Translations under genes and position numbers: made by a program
The notes under the pieces: model-generated
What the model was told of the DNA's origin: nothing
Databases searched by the model: none
The model's input: only the letters and a program-made list of their open reading frames with translations
Part shown: positions 1 to 12,329 of the stretch, piece by piece
Position numbering within the stretch: the first letter of the stretch is position 1
How the letters are laid out: every line of letters starts with the position of its first letter
From: Bigelowiella natans CCMP2755
Taxonomy: Eukaryota > Protista > Cercozoa
Direction of reading: 5' to 3'
DNA: 64,000 bases
Assembly: GCA_000320545.1 (NCBI GenBank)
Contig: ADNK01001475.1
Span: forward strand, 1 to 64,000

Positions 1-1643
1 GGAGTAGTGGACTAGCAGAGTGGCACTAGTAGTAGTAGTAGTGGCACATGGGGGATGGATGATGGCAAGATGTTGCACCATCCCTCATCATCCTCGTCAT
101 CCATGATGCAGCAATGCTCACAACTAACTAACTAACTAACTAACCCGATGATGCTGAATCAAAGCTGTCAGCGCAGACGGTGAGTGCCCAAAGAGGTGCA
201 GCAGGCAGTGTGCCGACGATGGGCACCAATGATCGAGACTACGATGATGATGGTGCATTGTTGCAGCATTGTCACATTGCTTGAAATGGAAACAGCATTT
301 TTTTGTGATGATGATGATGATGATGATGTCCACATCATCAAGACCACAAAGTGGCACTGGCAGTGGAGAGCAAAAGAAGAAAAATGAGTGTTCCATCTCC
401 CCCTTGTTGCTCCGGCTGCTACCACTACTTCCACTACTACTTGATTCTCAAGATTGCACATGTGCATGTGCACACATGCATGTCACATTCATGATGACAT
501 TCCTACCCCCAATGCAAGATTAGCACACATGTTGCTACCTGAGCAGCATTTGACGCAGGGAAAGAAGATGAAGAGGGAAGAGAGCCATGGCTACTGTTTG
601 TGGCGTTGGTTTGAATGTTCAAACGAGAAGCTAATGATGAAGCTGACGGAGGTGACGCAGCTGCTGCTAGTTTGTCTGCTGCAATTCCTGACAGAGTTGA
701 TTGGTTGGTTCCATCATCATTTTGTCAAAGTTGTGTCATTCACTTGCGTGCAATGAATCAAAATGATGTCTTGTGGCATGCACATGCAACAGCAGCAGCA
801 ACGATTACCATCATGTGTTTGCCACAAACACAACAGAAAATGCCCATCTCACAAACACGTAAGTCTGCAAACAAAACTACTCATTTGCAATTCCACTACT
901 ACTGCTACTACCACTACTACCACTGTGCACAGTGCGTAATTCTTGACCTCCAAGCAAAGTGGAGGCACTTCCTGCCATGGCTGTCATGAGCGCATTGTCA
1001 ACACCAAATGAAACCGCCCAAGTGTCATTCCACCAACAAGATGCAACAACTACTTTGAGCATTGTCAACACCACTTTTTTGAATCCATGTGTGAAGCAAT
1101 GATGAACGTTTGGAAGTGTGAACAATTCAAGAAAGAAGTTGCATGATGATGATGCCGCCATGCCTTTGTGCCAATGAATGATTTGTTGCAGAAGTGTGCA
1201 AATGACATCCAACCGCTGTTTCTTCTTGATCAAATGTGGAAACGACATGCAACATCAATGATGCCTTGATCAATCGATCTCATTGTGTGCAACCATCAAC
1301 CACCACCATCAACACTCACCTGCTCAGGGAACAAGTCCAGAAATGGAGGAGCCTGAAACAAAGGGGGTGGTGGTGTGCGAAGGAAAACATGATGATGATG
1401 ATGATGATGATGATGAAGATTCCACCATTCTTGCTTTCCCCGCTAAAATTTGAAGGCAGAGTAGCATGAGGCAATTTGCACAACAAACGGCAACAATTTC
1501 GAGAATGATCATGAACAAGTGATTTGCTTCAAATTTCCTTTGAACTTCACACAGCAGTAACAATGGTGTGTGACAGAACAAAAATGAATTTTTTCATCTA
1601 CTTTCAGTTGTTCCATCACACACCGATGTGTTCAGATGTTTTT

Positions 1644-1683
<40 letters not shown>

Positions 1684-4050
1684 ACTGACACAGAGGGTGA
1701 CAGAAAGCGGCAGTGCGCACTGTGCAGTGGGGTGCCCCCCCCCCCCTGCACCACTTGTTCCATCTACGAAAACATGATGGAGTCATCGTTGTCGTCATCC
1801 TGCGTTCTACCAAAACTCGAAATGTGAGCAAAAAGAAAGAGGGTAGTTGGTTTGACACCACCTTCCAGGCAGCAATGGTGAAACCAGCCACAAACCGAAC
1901 CATCGAGGCCTGGAACCACGTGAATGTTTCAGTGAACAACATCACAATGGACAGCACAAAAGCTGCTGTCACTTGCTGCTGCTGCTGCCACTGCCTAGTT
2001 GATGGAACATCGGTGTCATCATGCACAAGACAACACAATCAACTCTACTAGAACGATGACAACACTCGACAGCACTTCTCCCCATCATCATCATCATTGT
2101 CATCCTCCTACAACCACCACTAGAGACATGAAATGCGGACAAGCAATGGCAACAAACTGCTACTACCGGGTTCACATGTGAACCACATGTGTGATCACTC
2201 ATTTGCACAAAAAACAACAACATCACATTTGAACATGAACACACATGTGCACACATGTGTGTGTGTGTGTGTTCCAAATGTGATTTGCACATTGCCAGGA
2301 GAATGCAGACAGTGGGCTTTGAATTCAAGATTTCTTTCAAAATCACTTCAGCATCTGGTGTTTCCATTGTTGTGTTGGTGCTGCTACCACCACTACTAGT
2401 CGCCAATGGTGCGGAATGAGAAGAATCATTGAGGCTGCTGCTTTCAGCAGTAGCAGTGGTGGTAGTTGTTGTTGTTGCATCTGCAACTGGAGTAGCAGTA
2501 GCAGCGGCAGCAGCAGCATTGGATCCAGCACACATGGGATCATCATCCTCCTTTCTGTTGGCAATGGTGACAGCTGTAGCATCATCATGGAAGGAAAGAA
2601 TGAATGACAATCAGGCTGCTGTGACGATGAATGCACAGTGCATGTGTTGCACTAGCAGAATCTTAGCAATGAACCACCAAGTGCAACAATTTTCACCCAT
2701 CCATCCCCCTTCTTCTCCTCCCCCAATCCTCGCTCTTTCTCTTCTTCTTCTTTGCTCCACTTGAAATGACACAACCACAACAAACAAGATGGCGATTGAT
2801 TTTTGACAATTCCCCTCCTCCCTTCTCTTTCTCCAACTTCATTTTTTTCACCATGGCCATCAGCATCATCATCAGCATCTTTGTCACCAGCAGCAGCATC
2901 AGCAGAAGTAGTAGTGGTAGTGGCAGTAGTGGTAGCAGTGGTCGTCGCAACATGACGAGGATCTCTCATCACAACAGCCCCTGTCAAGGCAGAAACAAGT
3001 CCAAACCCACTTGCAGCCATTCCAGCACCCCTCCACCTAATTTCAGAGTGTCACCACTTGTTCATCCATTCAATGCGCAGCATGAAAAATGATCATGACA
3101 ATGATTGATGTGTGACTTTGTTGTTTCCACGTTGCATTCACAGCAGTGAGTGAGTGAGTCAGCAGCACACCATGAAGACAAAAACAACAACAACAATGAC
3201 AACAACCACAACAACCACAACAACGACAAGCAACGGACACAGCACCCACTGTTGCTACTGCCATCACTGCCATCACCACTGCCATTGCTGCTACGACCAC
3301 TGAGCACCCTGTGCTTTGGTCCAAAAGAATGGAAAGAGAAGCCAATCCACCACCAAGACACATCCCCAATGAGAATGCCTGGCACGTGCGTAGCAATGGT
3401 GGCGAGGAGAACCATCATGCATGCACAGTTTGCATGTGGTGACAGTGAGGAGAACCATCACACATGCACAGTTTGCAGGCGTGTTTGAGGTTGGTTAGAA
3501 GAACGATGGACTCAATGACACCAACCGAGTTGGCACAAGCATTTTTTTCTTTTGGGGCAATTTCTGCTAAAAGAGTGCAGGAGCTTGGTGCAGTCACAGC
3601 CTGAGCATGGCACCAGCAGCAACAGTCAATCATCTTCATGGTGGTAGTAGCAGTGCGATCATTTTGGATTGAACATGAGCCTCACACTCGTGAGTGCAAA
3701 TGGCAGTGATCATGAGCCTTGTCATGTCATTGTCATCATCAATGACAACATTTTGCAATTTGAACGTGTTGTCATGATCTCCAGTGCCACTGATTGATCT
3801 CATTCACTGCTTCCACTGCCATGACAGCAACACGAGCACCCAACAGCAGCATGCACCTGTGCCAAGCCCATTGCAGATCTGGAAGCGTTGTCATCGTGAT
3901 TGCTCTCAAAGAAGGAGCTAGCAATCCACCACCACCACCACCGGGTTGTTGCGGCCAAATTGGCACGTTCTCTGATTTTCTTTGAGCAAAACAGCTGCCA
4001 CATCCTCTTTCTCTGCTGCGACCATTGCCAAATGGGGTGTGAGTTCTGAG
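1..4050 (-). pseudogene. Degenerate remnant of an intron-rich host-type gene, TpA-converted; product not identifiable
   Basis: Same microsatellite-laden texture as neighbouring genes, but (TAG)n/(CTA)n tracts are peppered with CAG/TGG/CTG/CCA. Exon-like minus-strand stretches (FPHLIKKKQRLDVICTLLQQIIHW; TLLAEIAPKEKNACANSVGVIESIVLLTNLK; LRIEWMNKW*HSEIRWRGAG) lack Tyr, are His/Cys/Met-rich, and one contains a stop. Confidence 0.45.
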
Positions 4051-4087
4051 GGGAGGGACAGCATCCACATCAACCAAGAAAGGCAAG

Positions 4088-5340
4088 GTGGCACTGGTTT
4101 TCACCCTGGCTCTTTTCGTGGGTTTTTTCCTGACCAAAACCCTGGAGATTTTCCTGGTTTTCTTGCTCAACAAAACCCTGGAGATTTTCCTAGTTTTTTT
4201 GCTCAACAAAACCCTGGAGATTTTCCTGGTCTTTTTGCTCAGCAAACTCCTTGTCGCAGTCCTGACTTTTGCCCTGACCCCAACCCTCATCGCACCCGTG
4301 AAAGTTTTCCTCATCCCAACCCTCATCCCGGCCCTCACCCCAGCCCTGACTTTTGTCCTTGTCGCAGTCCTGACTTTCGCCGTGACTTCGACCCTGGTCC
4401 TGACCCTTGTCGCGGTCCTCAATTTGGCCGTGATTTCAACCCTGATCCTGACCCTTGTCGCGGTCCTCACTTTGGCCGTGATTTCAACCCTGATCCTGAC
4501 CCTTGTCGCAGCCCTGACTTGTTCTCCTCGTTTCACCCCTGGTCCCAATGCTGATCCCGGTGCTCATCCCAACCCTCACCCCAACCCTGGTCCAAACTCC
4601 TCACCAAAAACCGTGACTCTGACCCTCATCCCAGCCCTGACCCAATGCCCTCGCCACTTTCCGTGACTTTGGTCCTCACTTTTGCCCTGAGAAAAACCCT
4701 GGTCGATTTTTGTGACTGGTTTCCCTCACTTTGACCCTCACTTCGGCCGTCACTTTGGTCGTCACCTTGGTCGTGGCCCAGGAGAAAACCCCAACCCTGA
4801 CCCCAACCCTGACCCTGACCTCAACCCTTGTCGCGGTCCTCACTTTTGCCGCGGTTTCAACTCCAATCCTGACTCTTGTCGGAGCCCTGTTTTTGGCCCT
4901 GGTTTCGTTCCTCAAACTGGTCTTGACTTGTTTTCCCTGTTTCACCCCTGGTCCCAATGCTGATCCATGTGCTCATCCCAACCCTCACCCCAACCCTGGT
5001 CCAAACTCCCTGCCAAAAACCGTGACTCTGACCCTCATCCCAGCCCTGACCCAAAACCCTCACCACTTTCCGTGACTTTCGTCCTCACTTTTGTCCTGAA
5101 AAATGCCCTGGTCGATTTTTGTGACCAGTTTCCCCAACTTGGACCCTGTTTTCGACCGTCACTTTGGTCGTCACTTTGGTCGTGGCCCAGGAGAAAACCC
5201 TCTGACCCTGGCATCTGGTCCCTGACCCTGGTCCCTGGTCCTGGTCTCTGGTCCCTGGTCCTGGTCGTTGGTCGCTGACCCTGGCACGTGGTCCCAGATC
5301 TCGGTCCCTGACCGTGGTTCCTGACCCAGGTCTCAAGCCC
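4088..5340. repeat. Complex satellite built on degenerate telomere-like hexamers (CCCTAA-derived CCCTGA/CCCCAA/CCCTCA) with nested 36-bp, 48-bp and ~280-bp duplications
   Basis: cccaac-cctgac-cccaac-cctgac-cctgac at ~4790-4819; three 36-bp copies ~4135-4242; 48-bp copies ~4395-4510; direct repeat 4513-4791 vs 4922-5200 (offset 409). Confidence 0.85.
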
Positions 5341-5928
5341 AACGTCAACCATGAATGTGCACTTGTGCAATTGCTCACTCCATCGTCACAACGCACTTGA
5401 TGTGATCACATTTCCAAGGGGTGATGCAAAGCAGTTGCAAAAAGAAATTGATGCCTTCAAAAATTGTTCGAAAAGCGCGCCTGCTGCGGTCTGCACGAAA
5501 ACAGTTTGCCATCGTGCATGCGCCGTTGCGCATTGCTGGCGTCAACATTGAAAGTTTCGCCCCTGTTTGTAGCGGCTACGCATGTGAAAATGTGACTACT
5601 TCTTGAATTGCATGCAGAGTTTTTAGTTTTTTCATTTTGCAATTGCTAGCTTGTGCGTCATCATCGGGCGCGGTTCAGTCCACCGATTCATTCTTGAGCT
5701 GCTCGTGATGGACTTGCGCAGGCCGTCGCGGTGCGCAAGGCTAATGTGGGGACCAATGAACGCTAGAACGCAGCAATGGACACGATCGGAGACAGTGCAG
5801 TGGGGAAATTAATCGTGGATCAGTAGCACGTCTACATTTCAACCACACGTTTGAAAAAGATGCATTCATTTTTCTTCATTGAGTTCAGAGTTCAGAGTTC
5901 TTCAGCAAACGCTTCCATCCTCACATCA

Positions 5929-6948
5929 TCATCTTTTGACATAGAACAAAAGATAACCTTCATTGTCGACCTACAATGAAGTCATGTGAGTGAAAATGTA
6001 AATGATTTGATAATTGATTACCTTTTTCCTTGAAGAAGAGTCATCGATTGCAGAGACGTGAGAATCGTTATAACGCTTCCATTTTTTTCCATCTTTCACG
6101 TGCGTAACATAATGACCAGCTTCTGCAGTTGTTCCCTGAAGGCAAACGAATTTCCTGATTTCGTAAGATACATGTGTACACATCCAAATTGTCATACCTG
6201 ATGGAGCACAGCTGCTTGAAGATCGTATTTTGAGGTTGCAAGCTGCTTCGCTACTCCACTTTGATTTTTGATACTCAAACATGAATCTTTCGCTATATCT
6301 TCGTCCTTAGTAGCATTCTCGTTGTAAATTGTAGATGGCTTTTCAGTGTTGCAAATTTGGCATTTTGGAATTGTTCCTGCATTTTTGAAGGTACATTTTT
6401 GGCATGACCAATCTGGAAAGACGACACAAAGAATCAGTAAAAGATTCGGTAATATTCGCGAGAAATATGTTTCTGAACCTTTGAGATTCTTGGCAGAACC
6501 AGCGTCATCTGGTAAATTCAAAGTCTGTGATATTCTAATTCTATCCGTTTTCTTTTCATATGTCCGCTTGACGAAATTGGGACGAAATCTTTTGAGGTGT
6601 AACACTAGAATGTTGGGTAACGATGCAAACGAGGAGGTCACGTGGGCCTATTAATCATATTTTAGTATTAATATTATATTGAGAATGATGATAGACAAAC
6701 AATGATAGAGAAATCCGATACCTTGGCATTAGAACACTTATCGCACTTGTATTCAACGATTGTCGTGGCAAAAAATTTTTGTAGTAGATCTTTCAGGTCA
6801 GAAGTTTTTGGTCTAAAATCATAATGTAAGATTGATATTATTTTTGGAATTCAAGACATCATGCCATATTTGATAATATATGCAAGATCGCAATCAATAA
6901 AAAGTCGCTAAGCTAACTATAAATATTACATCTATGTTATTTTTTTAC

Positions 6949-6984
<36 letters not shown>

Positions 6985-8470
6985 ACACATCTCATATGAT
7001 TCCATGTACTAGAACTCAGCTATTATCAAATTACGTGAATTCAGAAACTTTTTTTCGTCTTTGAACCTACGCAACAGGTATGCACATTAGTTACTTCTGA
7101 AAGGTATATTAAAAAAAATGATATTATGAAACCTGAGTTGTAGTAGTAGTATTTGTAGGAAATGCTGCTCTCTGTGTTGTGGTTGCTGATTGTGTTGCCT
7201 GACACCCTTGGCACTTGTAATAGCATGATCCATTTCTTCCAAACTTCCTTGCCATGGATCTTCCACACTTCTTGCAATTTGGAAAACTACTTTCAAAGGC
7301 GGCATTTTCGTCTGTAATCTGGCTGCTTCCTCCTCTATCGTGGAAAGAAACACGCGGGTCTCTTGCAAAGGATTTTCGTCCTCCTTTTTCGTTTTCTATC
7401 TCCCCAAAATTATTTTTCAGCAGCAAGTCTAGGGACATGTCGTTGAATTCCTCTGTGATCTACAATGGAATACATTCAAATCTTAAAAAAAAATATTGCA
7501 AATGTTAGATAAATTACCTCTCGAGTGTACCCACACGACAGACTCGTGCATTTTAATCTTGAAGTGACCCGGAAACGGAAGTTTCTAAGTTGTAATAAGG
7601 AATTACTAATGAATCAGACACAGTTTCTAAGTTATAATAAAGAATTACTAATGAATCAGACACATAACAAGGAGGTGCTTGGAGGTGAGGAGGACCGTTG
7701 AATGGGGGAAATTTTTAGGATTTTCTCTATGGGTGCCTTGCTTGAAATTGCCTTCGCTTGTTTAATTTCCTTCTTTCTTCGTTCCATGGAGTTTACTATT
7801 TTCTCTATATAAAATAAGAAAATTGTCATAACAACATAAGAAATGACTAATGAACAGGCGCACCTTCATCATTTATTCGTGATGGCCTCCTGGCAGTACG
7901 ACATACCATGCAAGAAGACAGATTGCTAGCATTGAGGAACGTGCATGCTTGACAACTCCATTCCTTTTCTTCAGGTACTGCTGCTGCAACAATTTCGGGT
8001 TGATTTCTTTCTATTGAAGAACTAGTAGTTCCTATTTTGGTGTTGCCATCATTATCACCCAAAGTAGCAGCAGTTGTAGATGATGGTGGGTCATCATCTG
8101 ATGGTTTACTACCTCTAACGAAAGAAACAGAATTAGAATGAAAACAAAGCACAGCAGAAACGAACATACAGATCAGATTCTTTCATTGGCGTGTTATTTT
8201 CTGGATTATTTCCCAGTCCATCCAAGAGATCCTGGTCAATCTGAACAACACGAAATTAATGAGGCATGACTGTATTAAGCACTTGTGACATCGATAATAC
8301 CTGGTTAAGGCATTCAGACAGAAACTCATGGGCATCTTGTTGAGAATTTCCGGCAAATCTTCGATATCGAGCCCCAATAGCCGCTTTGAGTTTCTTAATG
8401 TCAACCGGGCCTTTTCGATTCTATTTGAAAATATTGTAAAAGAATGTTAAAGAATTTCCCAACAGATATC

Positions 8471-8510
<40 letters not shown>

Positions 8511-10055
8511 GTGTGTTTGTGAGTGTGTACCTCTTGTTGTTTTTTTTTTTCTCTGTAAAGCGTGAGCATCTCTTCCATGAACGACTTTTTTGGCACTACA
8601 TTGGCACTAGAGAAAACACAAGGTGGTATTATCACACGGTGGGCAATCACACAATAATGATAACAACCTAACGTTCGTCAAGTCGGAAGTGAAAGGTTTT
8701 AGTCCAAGAAGCGCTTGGAGTACTGCATTCATATAGCAAGTGTTTCCCAAGTTTTTGAATCCGGTCATCTCCCCAGCAGAGAAAGAATCTTTTGGACATC
8801 TCGACCAATGACTCCAATTGAATTTTGAAGACGAAGAAGACTAAATAAAAAATTCAAATGACCATAATTCCACACATTCAATCGTTTGAATCATCACACA
8901 CCTGAGACTTGTACATATAATTCAGTTTTTTAGGTGTCACTCTGGAACCCTTCTTCGTAGACATATTGTAAGTGGAATATTTCTTGAGACTTTTCCTCGG
9001 TATTTGCTCTTTGAGAGAACCCGATACATTTTTTTTCAGTGAATTTAATAAAAAATCACCGCCATTTGATTTATTTGGCGTTTCGCTGGCCAGGTCTTTA
9101 ATCTTAGTGGAGTAAAGGAGCTGGTCTTTCTTTGGAAATGTGAAGGGTGAGGTCCTCCTGTGATATTTAAGATTATACCTCCAGAATGACGTCCACAGCA
9201 TCATCATCTGCAAAAGAAAGGGATCGTCACCACCTGGATTCGACGGCTGTCTGCAATGCCTGGACTCCTCGTCCAACCCGTCGTCTCTTTTTCAGCCTTC
9301 GCGTCCACTGGTCGCGCTTGGCTAGATCCGTTGACCCTCTGCTTGGATTTTGTTCAGGGGTTTTCTTCATAGGTCTGAGATCTCCCCCGAGAATGGGACT
9401 ATATGCGCCAGAGCCTAACACATAGTAGTTTTAAATTTTGCAATTTTCTCCATTATATTACAGGGTTACCCTTCCTATGACTAGATATTTTCTTTAGCCT
9501 TTTCTTTGAGCGGTATGTGCACCCCGTGATGGCTCCCCTACAAGCAACATGTTGAAGTTGGAATTGGATAAAATGGATTCAAATCGTTATGATAGAGACT
9601 TTGGTGGCCGCCCTCCATAAACGTCTCTACTTGCAAGTATGTCCCGATAAAGCCTTCGAAATTTAGTGACATTGCTTCCAGAATCCTAAGTAAGTAATTG
9701 AATATGACTGGAACGATCGTGATTGATTAGCAGGTACCTTAATTTCGAGCTCTAAGTCTTCTGCAACGCTAGAGATTTCGACAGTTAACTTATTAATCGT
9801 GATGATTAAATTGTTAACGTTCCCTATTGTCTTTGAGTCGCACTTTAGCATAGAGTTACCTGTATAATCTAATATCATTTCGAAGTTGCCATTTTATTTT
9901 CACGTTCTATTACCTCCAACGTTAGAAAGACGGAGCTTCACTTTCTGTCCATTGTTCTCACATCGTAAGGATGCTTCCAACAAAGCATGTGTATTCATAT
10001 CGGAATCTTCAATCTCGTCATCAGAGCTGTTAACCTTGGCTCGAATGCCCAACAT
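5929..10055 (-). CDS. Ubiquitin carboxyl-terminal hydrolase (USP, peptidase C19), multi-exon, with two RanBP2/NZF zinc fingers inserted; USP26/29/37-like layout
   Basis: Cys box GFKNLGNTCYMNAVLQAL (~8712-8763), QQDAHEF (~8325-8345), LPNILVLHLKRF, His box G-TTAEAGHYVTHV...WKRYNDSHV, last exon VDNEGYLLFYVKR* (stop 5929-5931). The start ATG at 10055 is inferred. Confidence 0.92.
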
Positions 10056-10381
10056 TGTCTCTTCGGTCTTCCGAGCTCAATTCATTTGAATGTAAGATAT
10101 CATTTAGGTTATGTTGTGAGGTGTCCCTGATACATAGGACTACGATTTCTTAGTACGTCAACACATCAATACTATTTACATAATTATGTGTCTAAATCTT
10201 TAATTAAATGGGTCCAAAATCTGTATCTTAAAAACCAAAAGGGTAGAGCCTCCCTCCAAGCCGAAATTTTCTTCGTCATATTTCATCGCAAAGGCATCTT
10301 TGTCGCACGGCTCCTAAGCAATAGTGTTATTTGTTTACGACATCATGACTTATTTGCTGTAAAGCGACGACGTTGCAGGGC

Positions 10382-12285
10382 ATGTTTTGCGAACAGGTGC
10401 TTTCATTGTTAGTTTGGCCCTATCCGCTTTGTCGCAGAGTCCCAAACATGTTAATCCTTAGATCTAATCCTTTTTTCATTCAGAACCGAACAGTTTTCAA
10501 ACCTGGAGTAGATATCCAGATATTGCGAAATCAAGCAATGAAATATCGTGGATATTTCATGTCGTATTAGTTTTTCCTCTTGCATAAATGTGCTTCGAGG
10601 AAAATTAGAGAAATACAATGTCTTAATATGTCTTTATAGCACCATCGAAACAGCACAGAGCCATAGCTGTTAGTATCGCTGGCGACATTGGAAAAGAAGA
10701 GGAAGAAGAAGGAGGGGTTGACGGTAGTCTAGCAAGGGGAAGAGGGAGAGAAGAGAGGGGACAGGAAGGAAAAGATAGGGAAGAAGGTCTAGTTGTGAAC
10801 GGAAGAAAGATCTTCAGTACAGGTAATGACCAAGACTGTTTATCACATTGTATCCAATTCGAACTGACAATATGTGCTCACTTTCACCTCTTCACCAACG
10901 TAAGGGCATCACAAACATGTGTTTAATATTTTAGAAGCCCACTTTATCCCTGACCAGCGCCCTTAAAATATAAATAAGCAAGCTTTCAGCAGCATGGTAT
11001 CCCTAATCTCGATAGATAAACATTAGGCAGCAACCCACATTTACAGCAGACTCTCCTTCCTCAATATGATAGATAAACACTAGGCAGCGGCCCACATTTA
11101 AAGCAGACTCTTCTTCCTCAATATGAGAGATAGAGGAAAGTCTAACATCGGTGGTGGTGTTTTTAAAAACATAGGGCCAATGTTGTACAAATCGTAACGG
11201 AAGTGTACAAGCTGGACCAGGGTTTCCAGAGAAATGGGCTTTTACACACAATGGGGCCTATAGTTCGAACGGCGATATACCAACTGTGAGGAGGCTCACT
11301 GAATGTGTCTTAGATAAACCGTGTTCCAGTGCTTTGGTAGTAGTAAATCATTCCCTTTATGCACTCCTTCTGACATACTCGAATATGTAAAGACGTGTGC
11401 ACTTCCTATTCAACATACTTTTCTTCTAGCCTTTTTTTTTTATGTCCACATTGCATTTCTGAATAATATCTACGTTAGTTTCTTGGGAATTCTATTTCGG
11501 GTACAGATGGGAAAATGATTAAATTTCATCGGATAAGAAGACGCATAGAAATCTGTACAAAGAAGGACTTGGAGCCTTCCAAAGGCGGAGTCGTGACAAC
11601 GTAAGTCTGTGCGCATCAAGGAAAGTATCAAAACAGTAGTATGTGCTTGGTGGTAGTAGAAATAATCATGGGGTGATATGGGGAAGAAGAAGACGGAAAC
11701 CTAGAATGAAAAGGCTATTTCTTAAATTGATTGAATTTGAACTTATGTTGTATCACAGTCCGGTCAGCGCAATCCATTCAGACGTGCTGATAATCACAAT
11801 CTGCCCCATCAAGAAGACGACGCTAACAAGCACGATAGAGAAATGCGTTAGATTTATATGGTAGTAATGTGCACGAAAACTTGGTTGAACATTATTTATG
11901 AAAATTCGCTGATGTACATATTAGGCATGCGAGTGGGAAGGGCCATAACATCCTAATTCACAGCAAAAATCGCAAACACCAAACAGAATCATGGAGCATA
12001 GCAATAGCATGTGGTTGTTTAATGAAGATGCACAGCTGGAGTTTAAAAAAGGCACTTCACGCCATTAAGACACAATCACCCGAAGTTGAACTCTCATTTG
12101 AACTTGGAAGCCATCTCCAAGATTATGAGAAATCTTTATTTAAGAAAAGGGTAAACGATGGTAGCAGGTCACCCTCAAGCCCCAAAAGACCTTCAATTTC
12201 TAGCACTTTAGCAAGGACGCCAGAGCAGTTAAATCCTGTCATTAACCTGAATTTTCAAAACGACACGTCGATAGAATCTCATTGA
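10382..12285 (+). CDS. Dual-specificity phosphatase-fold protein, predicted pseudophosphatase (STYX/MK-STYX-like); 5' end uncertain
   Basis: Spliced reading PSDILEY|FLGNS...KCVRFIW|HASGKGHNILIHSKNRKHQTESWSIAIACGCLMKMHSWSLKKALHAIKTQSPEVELSFELGSHLQDYEKSLF matches the DSP pattern (VLVHCxxGxxRS...AYLM...PNxxFxxQLxxFE) except at the catalytic loop. Confidence 0.7.
11011..11124. repeat. 57-bp tandem duplication, probably intronic
   Basis: gatagataaacaYtaggcagcRRcccacatttaMagcagactctYcttcctcaatat x2. Confidence 0.8.
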
Positions 12286-12329
12286 AATCATCACGACCAA
12301 ATTTGAAAAATGGTGTCCTTTTTTGGACC

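Noticed and set aside
3772-5396. Long VRVR/TLTL/PNPD ORFs on both strands as proteins
   Set aside because: They are translations of a hexamer satellite that has lost TAA/TAG; they are open in several frames at once.
3900-5800. Methyl-CpG deamination or classical RIP as the cause of the TG/CA excess
   Set aside because: CpG is plentiful here while TpA is absent, and RIP would create TpA. Some CpG decay may still contribute in 1-3800.
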